Notes under the pieces: model-generated
Database searches by the model: none
What the model was told of the DNA's origin: nothing
What the model saw: only the letters and a program-made list of their open reading frames with translations
In this document: piece by piece, positions 1 to 16,956 of the stretch
Position numbering within the stretch: position 1 is the stretch's first letter
How the letters are laid out: every line of letters starts with the position of its first letter
Position numbers and translations under genes: made by a program
Origin: the human T2T-CHM13v2.0 reference genome, Homo sapiens
Length of the DNA stretch: 64,000 nucleotides
NCBI RefSeq assembly: GCF_009914755.1
Contig: NC_060947.1
Strand: one strand, 5' to 3'

Positions 1-552
1 TTCAGTCATGCAAATCTCTCCAGGAAGTGATTGTTCCTCAACCTGCTTGTATTCCTCCTCTGAGAGTACTCTTTCCTTCTACACTCTGTTTCCTTTTTAA
101 ATATAAGTTTCAACTTTAAGTCATTTCTTTGCTCCTGTATTTTATAATAGGCTGTTTGTTAGAAGCAGCCAGGTCACTTCTTGAATGCTTTGCTGATTAG
201 AAATTTTTTCCACTAGATACCCTAGGTCATCTCCCTTAAGTTCGAACTTTCTTAAACACTTAGGGCAAGGACAATGCAGCCAAGTCCTTTGCTAAGGTGT
301 AAAAAGAGTCACATTTACTCCTGTCCCCAATAACTTCCTCATTTCCATCTGAGAGCTCATCAGCCTGGCCTTCATTGTCTATATTTCTATCAGCTTGATC
401 ACAACCATTTAACCAGTCTCTAAGAAGTTTCAAACTTTCCCTCATCTTCCTGTCTTCTTCCAAGCCCTCAATACACTTCCAAACTCTGCTCATTACCCAG
501 TTTAAAATCTGCATCCATATTTTCAGTTATCTTTATAGCAATAGTACCAATT
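1..552 (-). mobile_element. MaLR internal sequence (MST/THE1-int), 5' part; runs off the window start
   Basis: It ends in ...atctttatagcaatagtaccaattt, the reverse complement of the MaLR-int 5' start (aaattggtac...). Bases 1-90 are homologous to the MST-int at ~24855-24950 in this window. Confidence 0.75.
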
Positions 553-623
553 TCACTCCATAGTATCAGTTTTCTTTGTTAGTTTATTTTTGCTTTTATA
601 ATATATGTTTATATATATATATG

Positions 624-712
624 TTTGAGATGGGGTTTCACTCTCGTCACCTAAGCTGGAGTGCAATGGGATGATCTTGGCCCACTGCAACCTCCCCCTC
701 CCAGGTTCAAGC
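624..712 (-). mobile_element. Alu 3' fragment (~90 bp) embedded in (TA)n
   Basis: tttgagatggggtttcactctcgtcacc...ctggagtgcaatgg...gcccactgcaacctcc...ccaggttcaagc is an antisense Alu right-arm end, flanked by TA runs on both sides. Confidence 0.85.
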
Positions 713-749
713 TTATATATATATATATTTGGCATGTAATATAGCAACT

Positions 750-912
750 TGTCAGGCACTGTTCTAAGCACGTTATATAAGTTAACCTATTAGTTAGGTT
801 TTACCATTATCTTCATTTTTGAAGAAGAGGATTGAAGCTCAGAGATGGCAACCAACTTGCCCAGGATCACACAGCTAGTAAGTGCTAAACAAAGATTTGA
901 ACCCATGAAATC
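750..912 (-). mobile_element. MIR SINE
   Basis: caggcactgttctaagcac...aacttgcccaggatcacacagctagtaagtg...atttgaaccca is an antisense MIR core. Confidence 0.8.
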
Positions 913-969
913 TTGATCACTGTATTATAGTGCCTTAAAATGTTATATTTCTGACTTTGAAATAAAAAG

Positions 970-1179
970 ACCGGAGCTCAGTTTCTGGCTCTACCAATTA
1001 ACTGTTGATGCAACTTTAGATATGTTACTTAATATTCTTAATTCTCAGTTTTTTTTACTTGTAGAATGGGAATAATAAAATTATCTGCCTCATAAGATGA
1101 TACTTGTGAGGGTTTAATGAGATAATACATTTGAAGTATTTAGAACAGTGCTTGGTGTGTAATACATATTCAACAGATG
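970..1179 (+). mobile_element. MIR SINE
   Basis: ctcagttttttttacttgtagaatgggaataata...cctcataag...gtgagggtttaatgagataatacat...ttagaacagtgcttgg matches the MIR core and 3' end. Confidence 0.8.
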
Positions 1180-1560
1180 TGTCCTAGTCAGTTCAGGCTG
1201 CCATAGCAAAATACTTTGGACTTGATGGCTTAAATAAGAGAAATTTATTTTCTCACATGTAGAGGCTGGGAAGTCAAAGATCAAGATACCAGTATGGTTG
1301 TTTTTTGTGTGTGGGCTATTTTCATAGCTTGTAGAAGTCTACTCTTTACTGTTAGCCCACATAGCAGGAAAGGCAAGATAGAGCAAACTCTCTGGTGTCT
1401 CTTCTTATAAGGGCACTCACTAATCCCATCATAAAGACCCCATCATCATGAATTCATCTAAACCTAATTATTTCCCAGAAGCCCCATCTTCAAATATCAT
1501 CACATTGAGGGTTAATGTCTCACATATAAATTTGGGGAGAACACAATTTAGTGCATAGCA
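1180..1560 (-). mobile_element. MaLR solo LTR (MLT1A/MLT1A0-like)
   Basis: It starts tgtcctagtcagttcaggctgccatagcaaaatac, contains ggctgggaagtcaaagatcaag and tcttcttataagggcact, and ends ...ttagtgcatagca. Confidence 0.8.
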
Positions 1561-1609
1561 AACACTATCTATTTATATTAATGTTTTTGTGTCTTTGAAG
1601 TTTTTAAAT

Positions 1610-1790
1610 TAAACAGATCAATATTTGAATCCTGGATCCACCACTTAACAACCATGTGGCATCAGTTAATTTACTTAGTGAGTCTGAGCCTCAATTTTAT
1701 TATCTGTAAAATAGGATTGTTAGAAGTAACTTCCTCATAGGATTATTCTGTGGATGAAATGAGATGACATACATAAAACATATGTAAAAT
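1610..1790 (+). mobile_element. MIR SINE
   Basis: tttgaatcctggatccaccactta...tctgagcctcaattttattatctgtaaaatagg...cctcataggattattctgtggatgaaatgaga. Confidence 0.75.
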
Positions 1791-1911
1791 ATGTAGATTT
1801 TACCACCGTTTTTTCTCAGTGTAAATAATTTTGCTCTAGATATATTTGGTCAAAGAATGAAATGTAACACAGCGATAGAAAGTCTTTGGAGTAATAAAAA
1901 TCTGTGTTGGA

Positions 1912-2943
1912 TGGGGGGCGGTCCCAAGATGGCCGAATAGGAACAGCTCCAGTCTATAGCTCCCAGAATCAGCAATGCAGAAGACGGGTGATTTCTGCAT
2001 TTCCAACTGAGGTACTGGGTTCATCTCACTGGGGCTTGTTGGACAGTGGATGCAGGACAGTGGGTGCAGCACACCGAGTGTGAGCCGAAGCAGTGCAAGG
2101 CATCGCCTCACATGGGAAGCACAAGGGATCAGGGAATTCCCTTTCCTAGCCAAGTGAAGTTGTGACAGACGGCACTTGGAAAATCGTGTCAACTCCCACT
2201 CTAATACTGCGCTTTTCCAATGGTCTTAGCCAATGGGACACCAGGAGATTATATCCCACTCCTGGCTCAGAGGCTCCCGTGCCCACAGACTCTCACTCAT
2301 TGCTAGCACAGCAGTCTGAGTTTGAACTGCAAGGTGGCAGCACGGCTCGGGGAGGGGCGCCCACCATTGCTGAGGCTTGAGTAGGTAAACAAAGTGGCTG
2401 GAAATTCAAACTGGGTGGAGCCCACCGCAGCTCAAGGAGGCCTGCCTGCCTCTGTAGACTCCACCTCTGGGGGCAGGGCATAGCTGAACAAAAGGCAGCA
2501 GAAACCTCTGCAGACTTAAATGTCCCTGTCTGACAGCTTTGAAGAGAGTAGTGGTTCTCCTAGCATGGAGTTTGAGATCTGAGAACGGACAGACTGCCTC
2601 CTCAAGTGGGTCGCTGACCCCTGAGTAGCCTAACTGGGAGGCAACTCCCCCAGTAGGGGCAGACTGACACCTCACATGGCCGGGGAACCCTCTGAGACAA
2701 AACTTCCAGAGGAGTGATCAGGCAGCAACATTTACTGTTCACCAATATCCGCTGTTCTGCAGCCTCTGCTGCTGATACCCAGTAAAACAGGGTCTGGAGT
2801 GGACCTCCAGCAAACTCCAACAGACCTGCAGCTGAGGGTCCTGACTGTCAGAAAGAAAACTAACAAACAGAAAGGACATCCACACCAAAACCCCATCTGT
2901 ATGTCACCATCATCAAAGACCAAAGGTAGTTAAAACCACAAAG
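1912..2943 (+). promoter_or_regulatory. L1 5'UTR internal sense/antisense promoter region with YY1 site
   Basis: The YY1 motif aagatggcc lies at 1926-1934 and the region runs to the ORF1 ATG at 2944. Promoter function is established for L1PA 5'UTRs; activity of this copy is unknown. Confidence 0.7.
2293..2367 (-). pseudogene. L1 ORF0 remnant, truncated after 24 codons
   Basis: MVGAPPRAVLPPCSSNSDCCASNE* matches the N-terminus of primate L1 ORF0 (MAGAPPPASLPPCSLISDCCASNQR...). The stop is TGA at 2295-2293. Confidence 0.75.
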
Positions 2944-3959
2944 ATGGGAAAAAAAACAGCAGAAAAGCTGAAAATTCTAAAAATCAGAGAACCTCTCCCC
3001 CTCCAAAGGAACACAGCTCCTCACCAGCAATGGAACAAAGCTGGATGGAGAATGACTTTGACGAGTTGAGAGAAGAAGGCTTCAGACGATCAAACTTCTC
3101 TGAGCTAAAGGAGGAAATTCGAACCTATCAAAAAGAAGCTAAAAACCTTGAAAAAAGATTAGACTAATGGCTAACTAGAATAACCAGTGTAGACAAGTCT
3201 TTAAATGACCTGATGGAGCTGAAAACCATGGCACGAGAACTACGTGACAAATGCACAAGCTTCAGTAGCTGATTTGATCAACTGGAAGAAAGAGTATCAG
3301 TGATTGAAGGTCAAATGAATGAAATGAAGTGAGAAGAGAAGTTTAGAGGAAAAAGAGTAAAAACAAATGAACAAAGCCTCCAAGAAATATGGGACAATGT
3401 GAAGAGACCAAATCTACGTCTGATTGGTGTACCTGAAAGTGACGGGGAGAATGGAAACAAGTTGGAAAACATTCTGCAGGATATTATCCAGGAGAACTTC
3501 CCCAATCTAGCAAGGCAGGCCAACAATAAAATTCAGGAAATACAGAGAATGCCACGAAGATACTCCTTGAGAAGAGCAACCACAAGACACATAATTGTCA
3601 GATTCACCAAAGTTGAAATGAAGGAAAAAATATTAAGGGTAGCCAGAGAGAAAGGTCGGGTTACCCACAAATGGAAGCCCATCAGACTAACAGCTGATCT
3701 CTCGGCAGAAACTCTACAAGTCAGAAGAGAGTGGGGGTCAATATTCAACATTCTTAAAGAAAAGAATTTTCAACCCAGAATTTCATATCCAGCCAAACTA
3801 AGCTTCATAAGCAAAGGAGAAATAAAATCCTGTACAGACAAACAAATGTTGAGAGATTTTGTCACCACCAGGCCTGCCTTACGAGAGTTACTGAAGGAAG
3901 CACAAAATATGGAAAGGAAAAACCAGTACCAGCCACTGCAAAAACATACTGAATTGTAG
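2944..3959 (+). pseudogene. L1 ORF1p (RNA-binding chaperone), disrupted
   Basis: ATG at 2944. The C-terminal part is translated in the track (3399-3959: KRPNLRLIGVPE...PRISYPAKLSF). Premature stops lie at about 3165, 3270 and 3330. Confidence 0.92.
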
Positions 3960-4019
3960 AGACCATCGACATGAAGAAACTGCATCAATTAATGGGCAAA
4001 ATAACCAACTAGCATCATA

Positions 4020-7837
<3,818 letters not shown>

Positions 7838-8083
7838 ACAATGAGAACACATAGACACAGGGAGGGGAATATCACACACTGGGGCATGTTGTGGGCTGGG
7901 GGAATGGGGGAGGAATAGCATTAGGAGATATACCTAATGTAAATGATGAGTTAATGGGTGCAGCACACCAACATGAAACATGTATACATATGTAACAAAC
8001 CTGCACGTTGTGAACGTGTACCCCAGAATTTAAAGTATAATAAAAAATAAATATGTAAATTAAAAAATAAAATCTGTGTTGGA

Positions 8084-8278
8084 GTCCCAAGTTCCCCTAT
8101 TTGCTAATTGTGTCAATTTAGACAAGTGACTTAATCTCTCTAAACCATAATTCCTAACCTAGAAAATAGGAAATATTGCATTTACCTCAATAGCATTATT
8201 TGCAGGATTATATAAGATAAACCATAAAAAGTTCCTGGCACATGGTAGATGTTCAATTAATGTTACTTATCATTATTC
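8084..8278 (+). mobile_element. MIR SINE (3' part; its 5' head at ~1860-1911 is split off by the L1)
   Basis: gacaagtgacttaatctctct...aaaataggaaata...cctggcacatggtagatgttcaattaatgtta joins the MIR head across the L1 TSD. Confidence 0.75.
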
Positions 8279-8759
8279 AAAGACATCATTCCATTATTTT
8301 GAAAATTAAAAATTCTTGTCAAATTTCTAGACAAAGGCTAGATATTTTTTGAAATTCTAGTCAAAATTCAAAATCAAAAACTAGTTCACAATTCTAGTTG
8401 AAAATTTTCTTCTAGAGACTGAGACAACAGCTCTCAAAGTATTTAGTGCACAGCCCTAACCTACTGACAAAAGGAAGTTCTCATTTTAAAACTTTCCATT
8501 TTTAAGGCAATGAGAGTAGGGGAGTTACTCTATATTTTGGACCAAGATTGTAGACTGGGTCCTCAGTGAATATTTTTTGACTGACCACCCACATTTATTT
8601 TTTAAAGCAGTGAAAGGAGCCAAGAGTTGGAAGAATGTGGTGTTCTGTAAAAAAAGATATACGAATCTTATAAAAAATAGTCATAAATTTGTGGTATTAA
8701 TAAAACCCTGAACCTGAAATTGAAAATGGATTTGAATAATTGGATTTCTTTCTTTCTTT

Positions 8760-9060
8760 AAAGATATTATTATAATTCTATTATTACATGTATAATCCAT
8801 ATTTATTATTGAAAATATACCACATACAAATAAGCAAAAACAAGTTCCTTGACCAAGCGCTTACCCCTATCAGCAGTTTGGTATACGTACTTCCAGGCAT
8901 TGTATGTATGCACTTGTGTGTGTTTATGATGAATAAATAAATACATATAAATATATTTTAACAAAATGGGATATATTATTCATGTTTCTATGTTATTTTT
9001 CACTTATATCTAGAATATCTTTTTATGATAAAATTTTTAAGCATCTTTAAAGCTTACTTT
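8760..9060 (-). mobile_element. Old L1M (L1ME-like) 3' fragment
   Basis: cagtttggtatacgtacttccag...ttttaacaaaatgggatatatta...tttttcactta resembles an antisense L1ME 3'UTR; highly diverged. Confidence 0.45.
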
Positions 9061-10920
9061 AATAAAGTTACTTTCCAATGCAACTTTTTTTCATGCAGCA
9101 TTTTAATGTGGAGTATTCTCTTCCTAATGCCTGCGTATGTCAAGCATTCTTGCATCAGCTGCAATATCTGCAGTCAGCCAATTATGCTACTTAACTAGGG
9201 GGCCACTATAGAGCTGATTTTTATCAAATTAGAAATCTAACTATTGAGAGAGTATGAGCCCCCTAAGTTTAAGTGATCTTTATGCTGCCCTCAGCAATCC
9301 TAAAATAACTTTCAAAAGTAAGCATAAAGAAATAAAATTTGCTTTGCCGCTTCAGCGGCAGTTAAGAAACGTATTTTTCATCAGTAGTTATGTTGGAGGT
9401 GCTCATTATAATTTTCTGCTCTGTAATAAGACTTCACTTTGAAATAGCTAGAAGAATTTGCACTTCTGTGGGGATGGAGGTAGGGAGAAGCCCGAGCCTC
9501 TGAAATGTCTGAAGTGCTGAGTGACAACCATGTAACTGCCCACAGAAGACCTAGGCTCTTTTGGAGGAGTTAATTACCTGTACTGACATGATTCGGGGTT
9601 CTGGTATGCTGGCTATTATTGCCTGGGGCTTTGCTGGAGAAACATTCCCCAAATCACAGACTGTCTTTCTTTGTATGACATACTTCAAATGTCTTCCAAT
9701 TCAAAAGAATTCTAGAGAAGACCTAAGGCTTCTGGAATCTATTAACTTCCACAATCAGTAAGTTTGTGGTGCTTTCATGGCTGCTGAACTTCAAAGAGCT
9801 TAATGCCTGTAATTGATTTATATCATATTTGAAGATGCTACAAGATTTTCCAAATTAGAAAAAGACACATTCCTATTTCTTCCCCTGTGGCATGGAGCTG
9901 GGCTATTAAAGACAGAAAATTGGGAGAATTTACCAGTGACAGACCTTCATTTTACGGTTTTTGAGTGGCTTCTAAATTTGGGGTTCTTAAGTACCATGCC
10001 AAAATGAAGAGTATTTGTTTTCTTTTGCTGGTTTTCATAAAATCTATAAAAGATTATCTACTTAGCTTACACACTGCTGTTTTAGGGCTTCTGTGCCTCA
10101 CTATTTTTATATATAATATTCTTTCTTCTTTCTGAACACTAGAGTAGTGGAGAGTCTACAAAGGATTCAGCTGAATATTAATTCATTCATGCCTTACTGA
10201 AAAGTTTGTTTTATTTTATCTCACACACACCCACCTCCCCTTACCAGTAGTAAAAGAAGAAAAGGGTAAAATTATTTTGTGGGTGGGTATCAAATATCAG
10301 GCATTACACTCAGCAATGTTTATATGTTTCCCAGATGTCAGATAATGTTACCTTGTGTTTTGAGATTTAAAAAAATCTGGCACAAACTCTCTAGCCCACA
10401 TTGTGAAGAATTTCAATGTTCTCCCTATGATTTATGAATCCTCAGGGAATTATGATCTCATAATTACATCTGGTTTTGAGTTCATGCTTCCACTAATCTA
10501 TGTCACAGTTTTTCTCTTTTTCTGTCTGACACCCACTCAGCCAGGGAACTCTGTTCCTTTTCCTTAGTTTTGTCCCAAAGTGCTCATACAAGCAATGAGT
10601 AGCAGAGAGAACACTCTACTTGCAATTTGGAACCAAGGAAAGATTGTATGCTGACACAAAATGTGCAATTTAGAAGTGAATTTTAGACATGGTTCTTCTT
10701 GCAAGTCTTTTGGCCATACTGCCATATGGAATTTTTTGCTGAGCATCTTCTTCGATATGCTCCAACATGCTTCTAGATTGCTTAGGCCTCTCTCCCTCAA
10801 GGCTCTCCTTATAACTCCCTGCTCCTCTGTTTGCCAGACCCCTCCAGTGTTACTTTCCCCAAATGTAATTCTTCTCATTCTATTATACAAAGCAACTTAG
10901 TTCCCTTTCCCTTTATTCAT

Positions 10921-11281
10921 TGTATTAGTCTGCTCAGGCTGCAATAACAAAATGTCACAGAATGGGTGGCTTATAAAACAGTCACTTATTTCTCACTGTC
11001 TGAAGTAAAAGATCAAGGTGCTGGCATTGTTGATTTTCTTGAGGCCTCTCTCCTTGGTTTGCTGACAGCCTCTTTATCACTGTATCTTCAGTGGCTTTTT
11101 CTCTGTGCACATGCTCCTGAAGTCTCTTTCTCTTCTAATATGGACACCAGTCGCATTCAATTAGGCCCTCACCCTTATGACTTCATTTAACCTTAATTAC
11201 CTCCTTGAAGGCCCTATCTCAAAGTAGAATGACTTTATCAGTTAGGGGTTAAAATATATAAATACAATTTATTCCATGACA
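10921..11281 (-). mobile_element. MaLR solo LTR (MLT1B-like)
   Basis: tgtattagtctgctcaggctgcaataacaaaatgtcacaga...gacttcatttaaccttaattacctcc...ccatgaca, with a 5-bp TSD ttcat/ctcat. Confidence 0.85.
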
Positions 11282-11409
11282 CTCATTTTAAGGCCTACTA
11301 TTTTCTATTTAAATTCAAATTAATGTACTCTGCAAAACATAGGTTCACATATGCTGGAGGCTGACCTTTCAGAAGCACAGATTAGTAGACACTTTGAGAT
11401 TTCAATTTC

Positions 11410-11462
11410 TTTGTTATCTCTCTATCTCCCTCTCTCTTTCTCTCTCTCTGTCTCTCTCTCCT
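11410..11462 (+). repeat. Imperfect (TC)n microsatellite
   Basis: Direct reading of the sequence. Confidence 0.85.
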
Positions 11463-11476
11463 CATTTTGGATATAG

Positions 11477-11512
11477 CATAATAGGCTGAATAATGGCCAC
11501 CCAAAAATACCT
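11477..11512 (+). mobile_element. MLT1C/D LTR 5' stub
   Basis: taataggctgaataatggccacccaaaaatacc matches the first ~35 nt of MLT1C/D; a matching 3' half is at 18625-18870. Confidence 0.55.
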
Positions 11513-13687
11513 TAACCTCACTGAGGAGCCTGAAAATCCAGATCACAGGAGAAAGATTTAACTTTACCCAGAGCTGAAACAAATTTAGACAGCCAAATGA
11601 AATATAAAAGTAGAAGAAGCCATGGGAAAAGCCCTTTAGGCACTCCTGGTCCCCAAGGAAGCCCAAGGAACTATTTCTGACTTTATCTCACAGGGGTCCT
11701 TGAGGAGGGCGGCCAGTGGAACTGGGAAAAGACCACAGAGAGAAGGAAAATTCCAGCTGAACTTTGTAGTAATTTTGACTGAGCACAAATTTTCCAGGGC
11801 AGAATCTGGAGGTATGGGGGCAAACAGAAAGTGCAGATAGGAGCATAGAAGCTGCGACCAGGAGGGGCAAAACCTGAAAGCTCTGCTTGGTTTCTCGAAG
11901 GTAAGTTTGTAGCCTGGGGCAAGTTCCCAGCCCAGCTCACCAGCTGCCTGGATATAAACTCAGTGTTGTTGGGGGAGCACAGTGGGAGTGAGACTGGCCT
12001 TGTTGGCTGTGTGCGAGCTGGGTGAGGTCTGTCACTGCCATCTTTACCCCATTTCCCTGGTGACCTGTAAGATGCAGCAGAGGCAGCCATAATTCCCCTG
12101 GGAACGTAACTCCATTGGCCTGAGAAACACACTCCCATCCCCCACAGCGGCCACAGCTAGACTCACCTAAGGAGAATCTGAGCTCAGGCACACCTAAACC
12201 TGCCCCCATTTAATGTTCTTTCTCTGTGCACCCTGGTAGCCAAAGAAAAAAGACGTAATTTCTTGGTAGCTCTATGGCTCCACCCACTGCCTGAGAAACC
12301 AGAGTACTTATCCAGGTGACCCTAAGGCAAGCTTGTATCTTCCCTATCCTACCTCAGCTGATGCTCTCTTGAAAGTGCTACCTCCTGGCTACAGGCCAGC
12401 CAATACAAACCATTACAGCAACTCATAAAAGAGCAACCTTGCCACAAGAAAGGAGAAAACAACAGCTAGCTCCTCTGCTTGTAACATCCTGGCTAACCAG
12501 AGGTCCTGAGTCTGTCCGTCAATGTGACAACTTTACTGCCAGCACAACCAACATTCAAGAAAACCAGCACGCTAAATAGAACAACAACCAAGATCCTACA
12601 CACAGTCTACCTCAGTCCCATTACCTCCACTGGAGCAGGTGCTGTTATCCACAGCTGAGAGACCTGAAGACAGATCACATCACAGGACTTTTTGCAGACA
12701 CTCCCCAGTACCAGCCCAGAGCCCATAAGCTCTGCTGGATGGCTAGACCCAGGAGAGAAATAATAATCACTGCAGTCCTGCTTGTAGGAAGCCACATCCC
12801 TAGGGGAAGGGGGAGAACACCACAACAAGGGAACACCCCTGTGACAAAAGAATCTAAATAGCAGCCCTTGATCCTCAGATGTTTCCTCTGACATAGTCTA
12901 CCCAAATTAGAAGGACCCAGAAATACAATTCTGATAATATTACAAAACAAGATTATTTAACACCACCAAAATATTACACTAGCTCACTAGCAATGGATCC
13001 AAGTCAAGAAGACATCTCCGAATGGTTAGAAAAAAAATTCAGAAGGTCAATTATTAAACTACTTAAGGGGACAGCAGAGAAATGTAAATACGAAGTTAAA
13101 GAAATTTTTTAAATGTTACAGGATATGAATGGAAAAATCTCTAGAGACATAGATAACATAAATAAAAAACAATTAAAAACCTCTGGAAAAGAAGGACACA
13201 CTTAGAGAAATGTAAAATACACTGGAAAGTCTCAACAATAGAATTAAACAAGTAGAAGAAAGAACTTCCCAGCTCAAAGACAGGACTTTTGAATTAACCC
13301 AATTCAAAACAAACAAAGAAAAAAAGAATTTTTTTTTAATGAAAAAAGCCTCCAAAAAGCTTGGGATTATAATAATGACCAAGCCAGAATAATTGGTGTC
13401 CCTGAGGAAGAAGAAAAATCTAAATTTTTGAAAAACATTTGAGGAAATAATTGAGGAAAACGTCCCTGGCTTTGCTAGAGATGTAGACAACTAAATACAA
13501 GAATCTCAAAGAACACCTTAGAAATTTGTCACAAAAAGATCATCGCTTAGGCACATAGTCATCAGGTTATCCAAAGTCAAGATGAAGGAAAGAATCTTAA
13601 AAGCTGTGAGGCAAATGCATCAGGTAACCTATTAAAAAAATTGATCAGATTAACAGCAGATTTTTCAGCAGAAACCCTATAAACTAG

Positions 13688-14027
<340 letters not shown>

Positions 14028-16574
14028 TGAGGTCTTATCTTTAGCCTCCTTAAACTAAACAATTATCAGCTAGGAATTTTCTATCCAGTGAAAGCAAGCT
14101 TCATAAATAAAGAAGAAAATATACAGTCTTTTTAGACAAATAAATACTGAGAGAATTCACCACTACCAAGTTAGCACTACAAGAGCTGATGAAAGGAGCT
14201 CTAAGTCTTGAAACAAAACTTTGAAATACACCAAAACAAAATCTTCTTAGAGTATAAATCTCACGGGACCTATAAAACAATAGCACAATTTAAAAAAACA
14301 AGGTTTTCAGGTAACAAATAGCAAGATGAATAGAATAGTACCTCACTTCTCAATACTAATGCCGAATGTAAATGGCCCAAATGCCCTACTTAAAATATAC
14401 ATAATGGCAGAATAGATAAAAATTTACCAACTAAGTATCTGTTATCTTCAAGAGCCTCACCTGACATATAAGGACACATGTAACCTTAAAGTGGTGGAAA
14501 AAGATATTCCATGAAAATAGACACCAAAAGTGAGCAGGAGTAGCTATTCTATCAGACAAAACAGATTTTAAAGCAACAACAGTTAAAAAAGACAAAGAGA
14601 GACATTATATAATAATAAAATATCTAGTCCAACAGGAAAACACCACAATTCTAAATATATATGCACCAAACACTGGAGCTCCCAAATTTATAAAACAATT
14701 ACTACTAGACCTAGGAAATGAGATAGATGGCAACACAATGATAGTGGGAGACTTCAATATTCCACTGACAGCACTCGACAAGTCATCAAGACAGAAAGTC
14801 AACAAAGAAATCATAGACGTAAACTATACCCTAGAACAAATGGACTTAACAGATATTTACACGGCATTCTACCCAACAACTACAGAATATGCATTCTATT
14901 CATCAGCACATGAAACATTCTCCAAGATAGACCATATGATAGGCCACAAAACAAATCTCAACAAATTTAAGAAAATCGAAATTATAGCAAGTACTCTCTC
15001 AGACCACAGTGGAATAAAACTGGAAATCAACTCCAAAAGGAACCCTCAAAACCATATAAACAGATGGAAATTAAATAACCTGCTCCTGAATGATCACTGG
15101 GTCAACAATGAAATCAAGATGAAAATTAAAAATTATTTGGAGTGAATGATAGCAGTGACACAACATATCAAAACCTTAGGGATACAGCAAATCAGTGCTA
15201 AGAGGAGAGTCCATAGCATCAAATGCTTACATCAAAAAGTCTGAAGAGCATAAATTGATAATCTAAGGTCACACCTCAAGGATCTAGAGAAACAAGAACA
15301 AACCAAATCCAAATTCAGCAGAAGAAAAGAAATAACCAAATCAGAGCAGAACTAAATAAAATTAAAACTAAAAAAGAAGATAAATGAAGCGAAAAGCTTT
15401 TTCTTTGAAAAGGCAAATAAAATTGATAGACCATTAGCAAGATTAACTAAGAAAAGAAGAGAGTAAATCCAAATAAACTCAATTAGAAATAAAACAGGAG
15501 ATATTACAACTGATACCAGAGAAATACAAAAGATCATTCAAGGCTACTATTAACAACTTAATGCACACAAACTAGAAAACCTAGAGGAGATGAATAAATT
15601 CAAGGAAACATACAACTCTCCTAGATTAAACCAGAAAGAAATAGAAACTCTGAAGAAACCAATAACAAGCAGTGAGAATGTAATGCTAATAAAAAAAATT
15701 GCCAACAACAAAAAAGTCCAAGAAAAGATGGATTAACAGCTGAATTCTATCAGACATTAAAAAAAATTGGTACCAATCCTGTTGACACCATTCCAAAAGA
15801 TAGAGTAAGAGGGACTTCTCCCTAAATCATTCTATGAAGCCAGTATCACACTAATACCAAAACCAGGAAAAGACGTAAAAAAAGAAAACTACAAACCAAT
15901 ATCCCTGATGAACATAAGTGCAAAAATTCCCAATAAAATATGAGCTAACTGAATCCAACAGCATATTAAAAAGATAATCCACCATGATCAAGTGGGTTTC
16001 ATACAAGGGATGCAGGGATGGCTTAACACATACAAGTCAATAAATGTGATACACCACATAAAGATAATTTAAACAAATATCATATGATTATCTCAATACA
16101 TGCAGGAAAGGCATTGACAAAAATTCAGCTTCCCTTTATGATTAAAACCCTCAGAAAAATCTGTGTTGAAGGGGCATACCTTAAGGTAATAAAAGCCATC
16201 TATGGCAAACCCACAGCCAAAATAATGAATAGGGAAAAGTTGAAAGCATTCCCCCTGACAGCTGGAACAAGACAAGGATGCCCACTTTCACCACTTCTAT
16301 TCAACATAGTACTGGAAGTCCTAGCTAAAGCAATCAGACAGGAGAAAGAAATAAAGGACATCCAAATCAGTAAAGAGGAAGTCAAACTGTCACTGTTCAC
16401 TGATGATATGATTGTATACCTAGAAAACCCTAAAGACTCATCCAAAAAACTCCTATAACTGATAAAGTGAATTCAGCATAGTTTCAGGATACACAATTAA
16501 TATACAAAAATCAGTAGCCCTGCTATACACCAACAGTGACCAAGCTGAGACTTAAATTAATAACTCAACCTATT

Positions 16575-16956
<382 letters not shown>

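Noticed and set aside
10070-10175. Possible minus-strand exon ending at a GTAAGC donor
   Set aside because: Weak acceptors and stops in most frames; no supporting evidence.
10564-10890. 108-aa minus-strand ORF in unique sequence
   Set aside because: No recognisable domain, no convincing splice sites, and a length compatible with chance.
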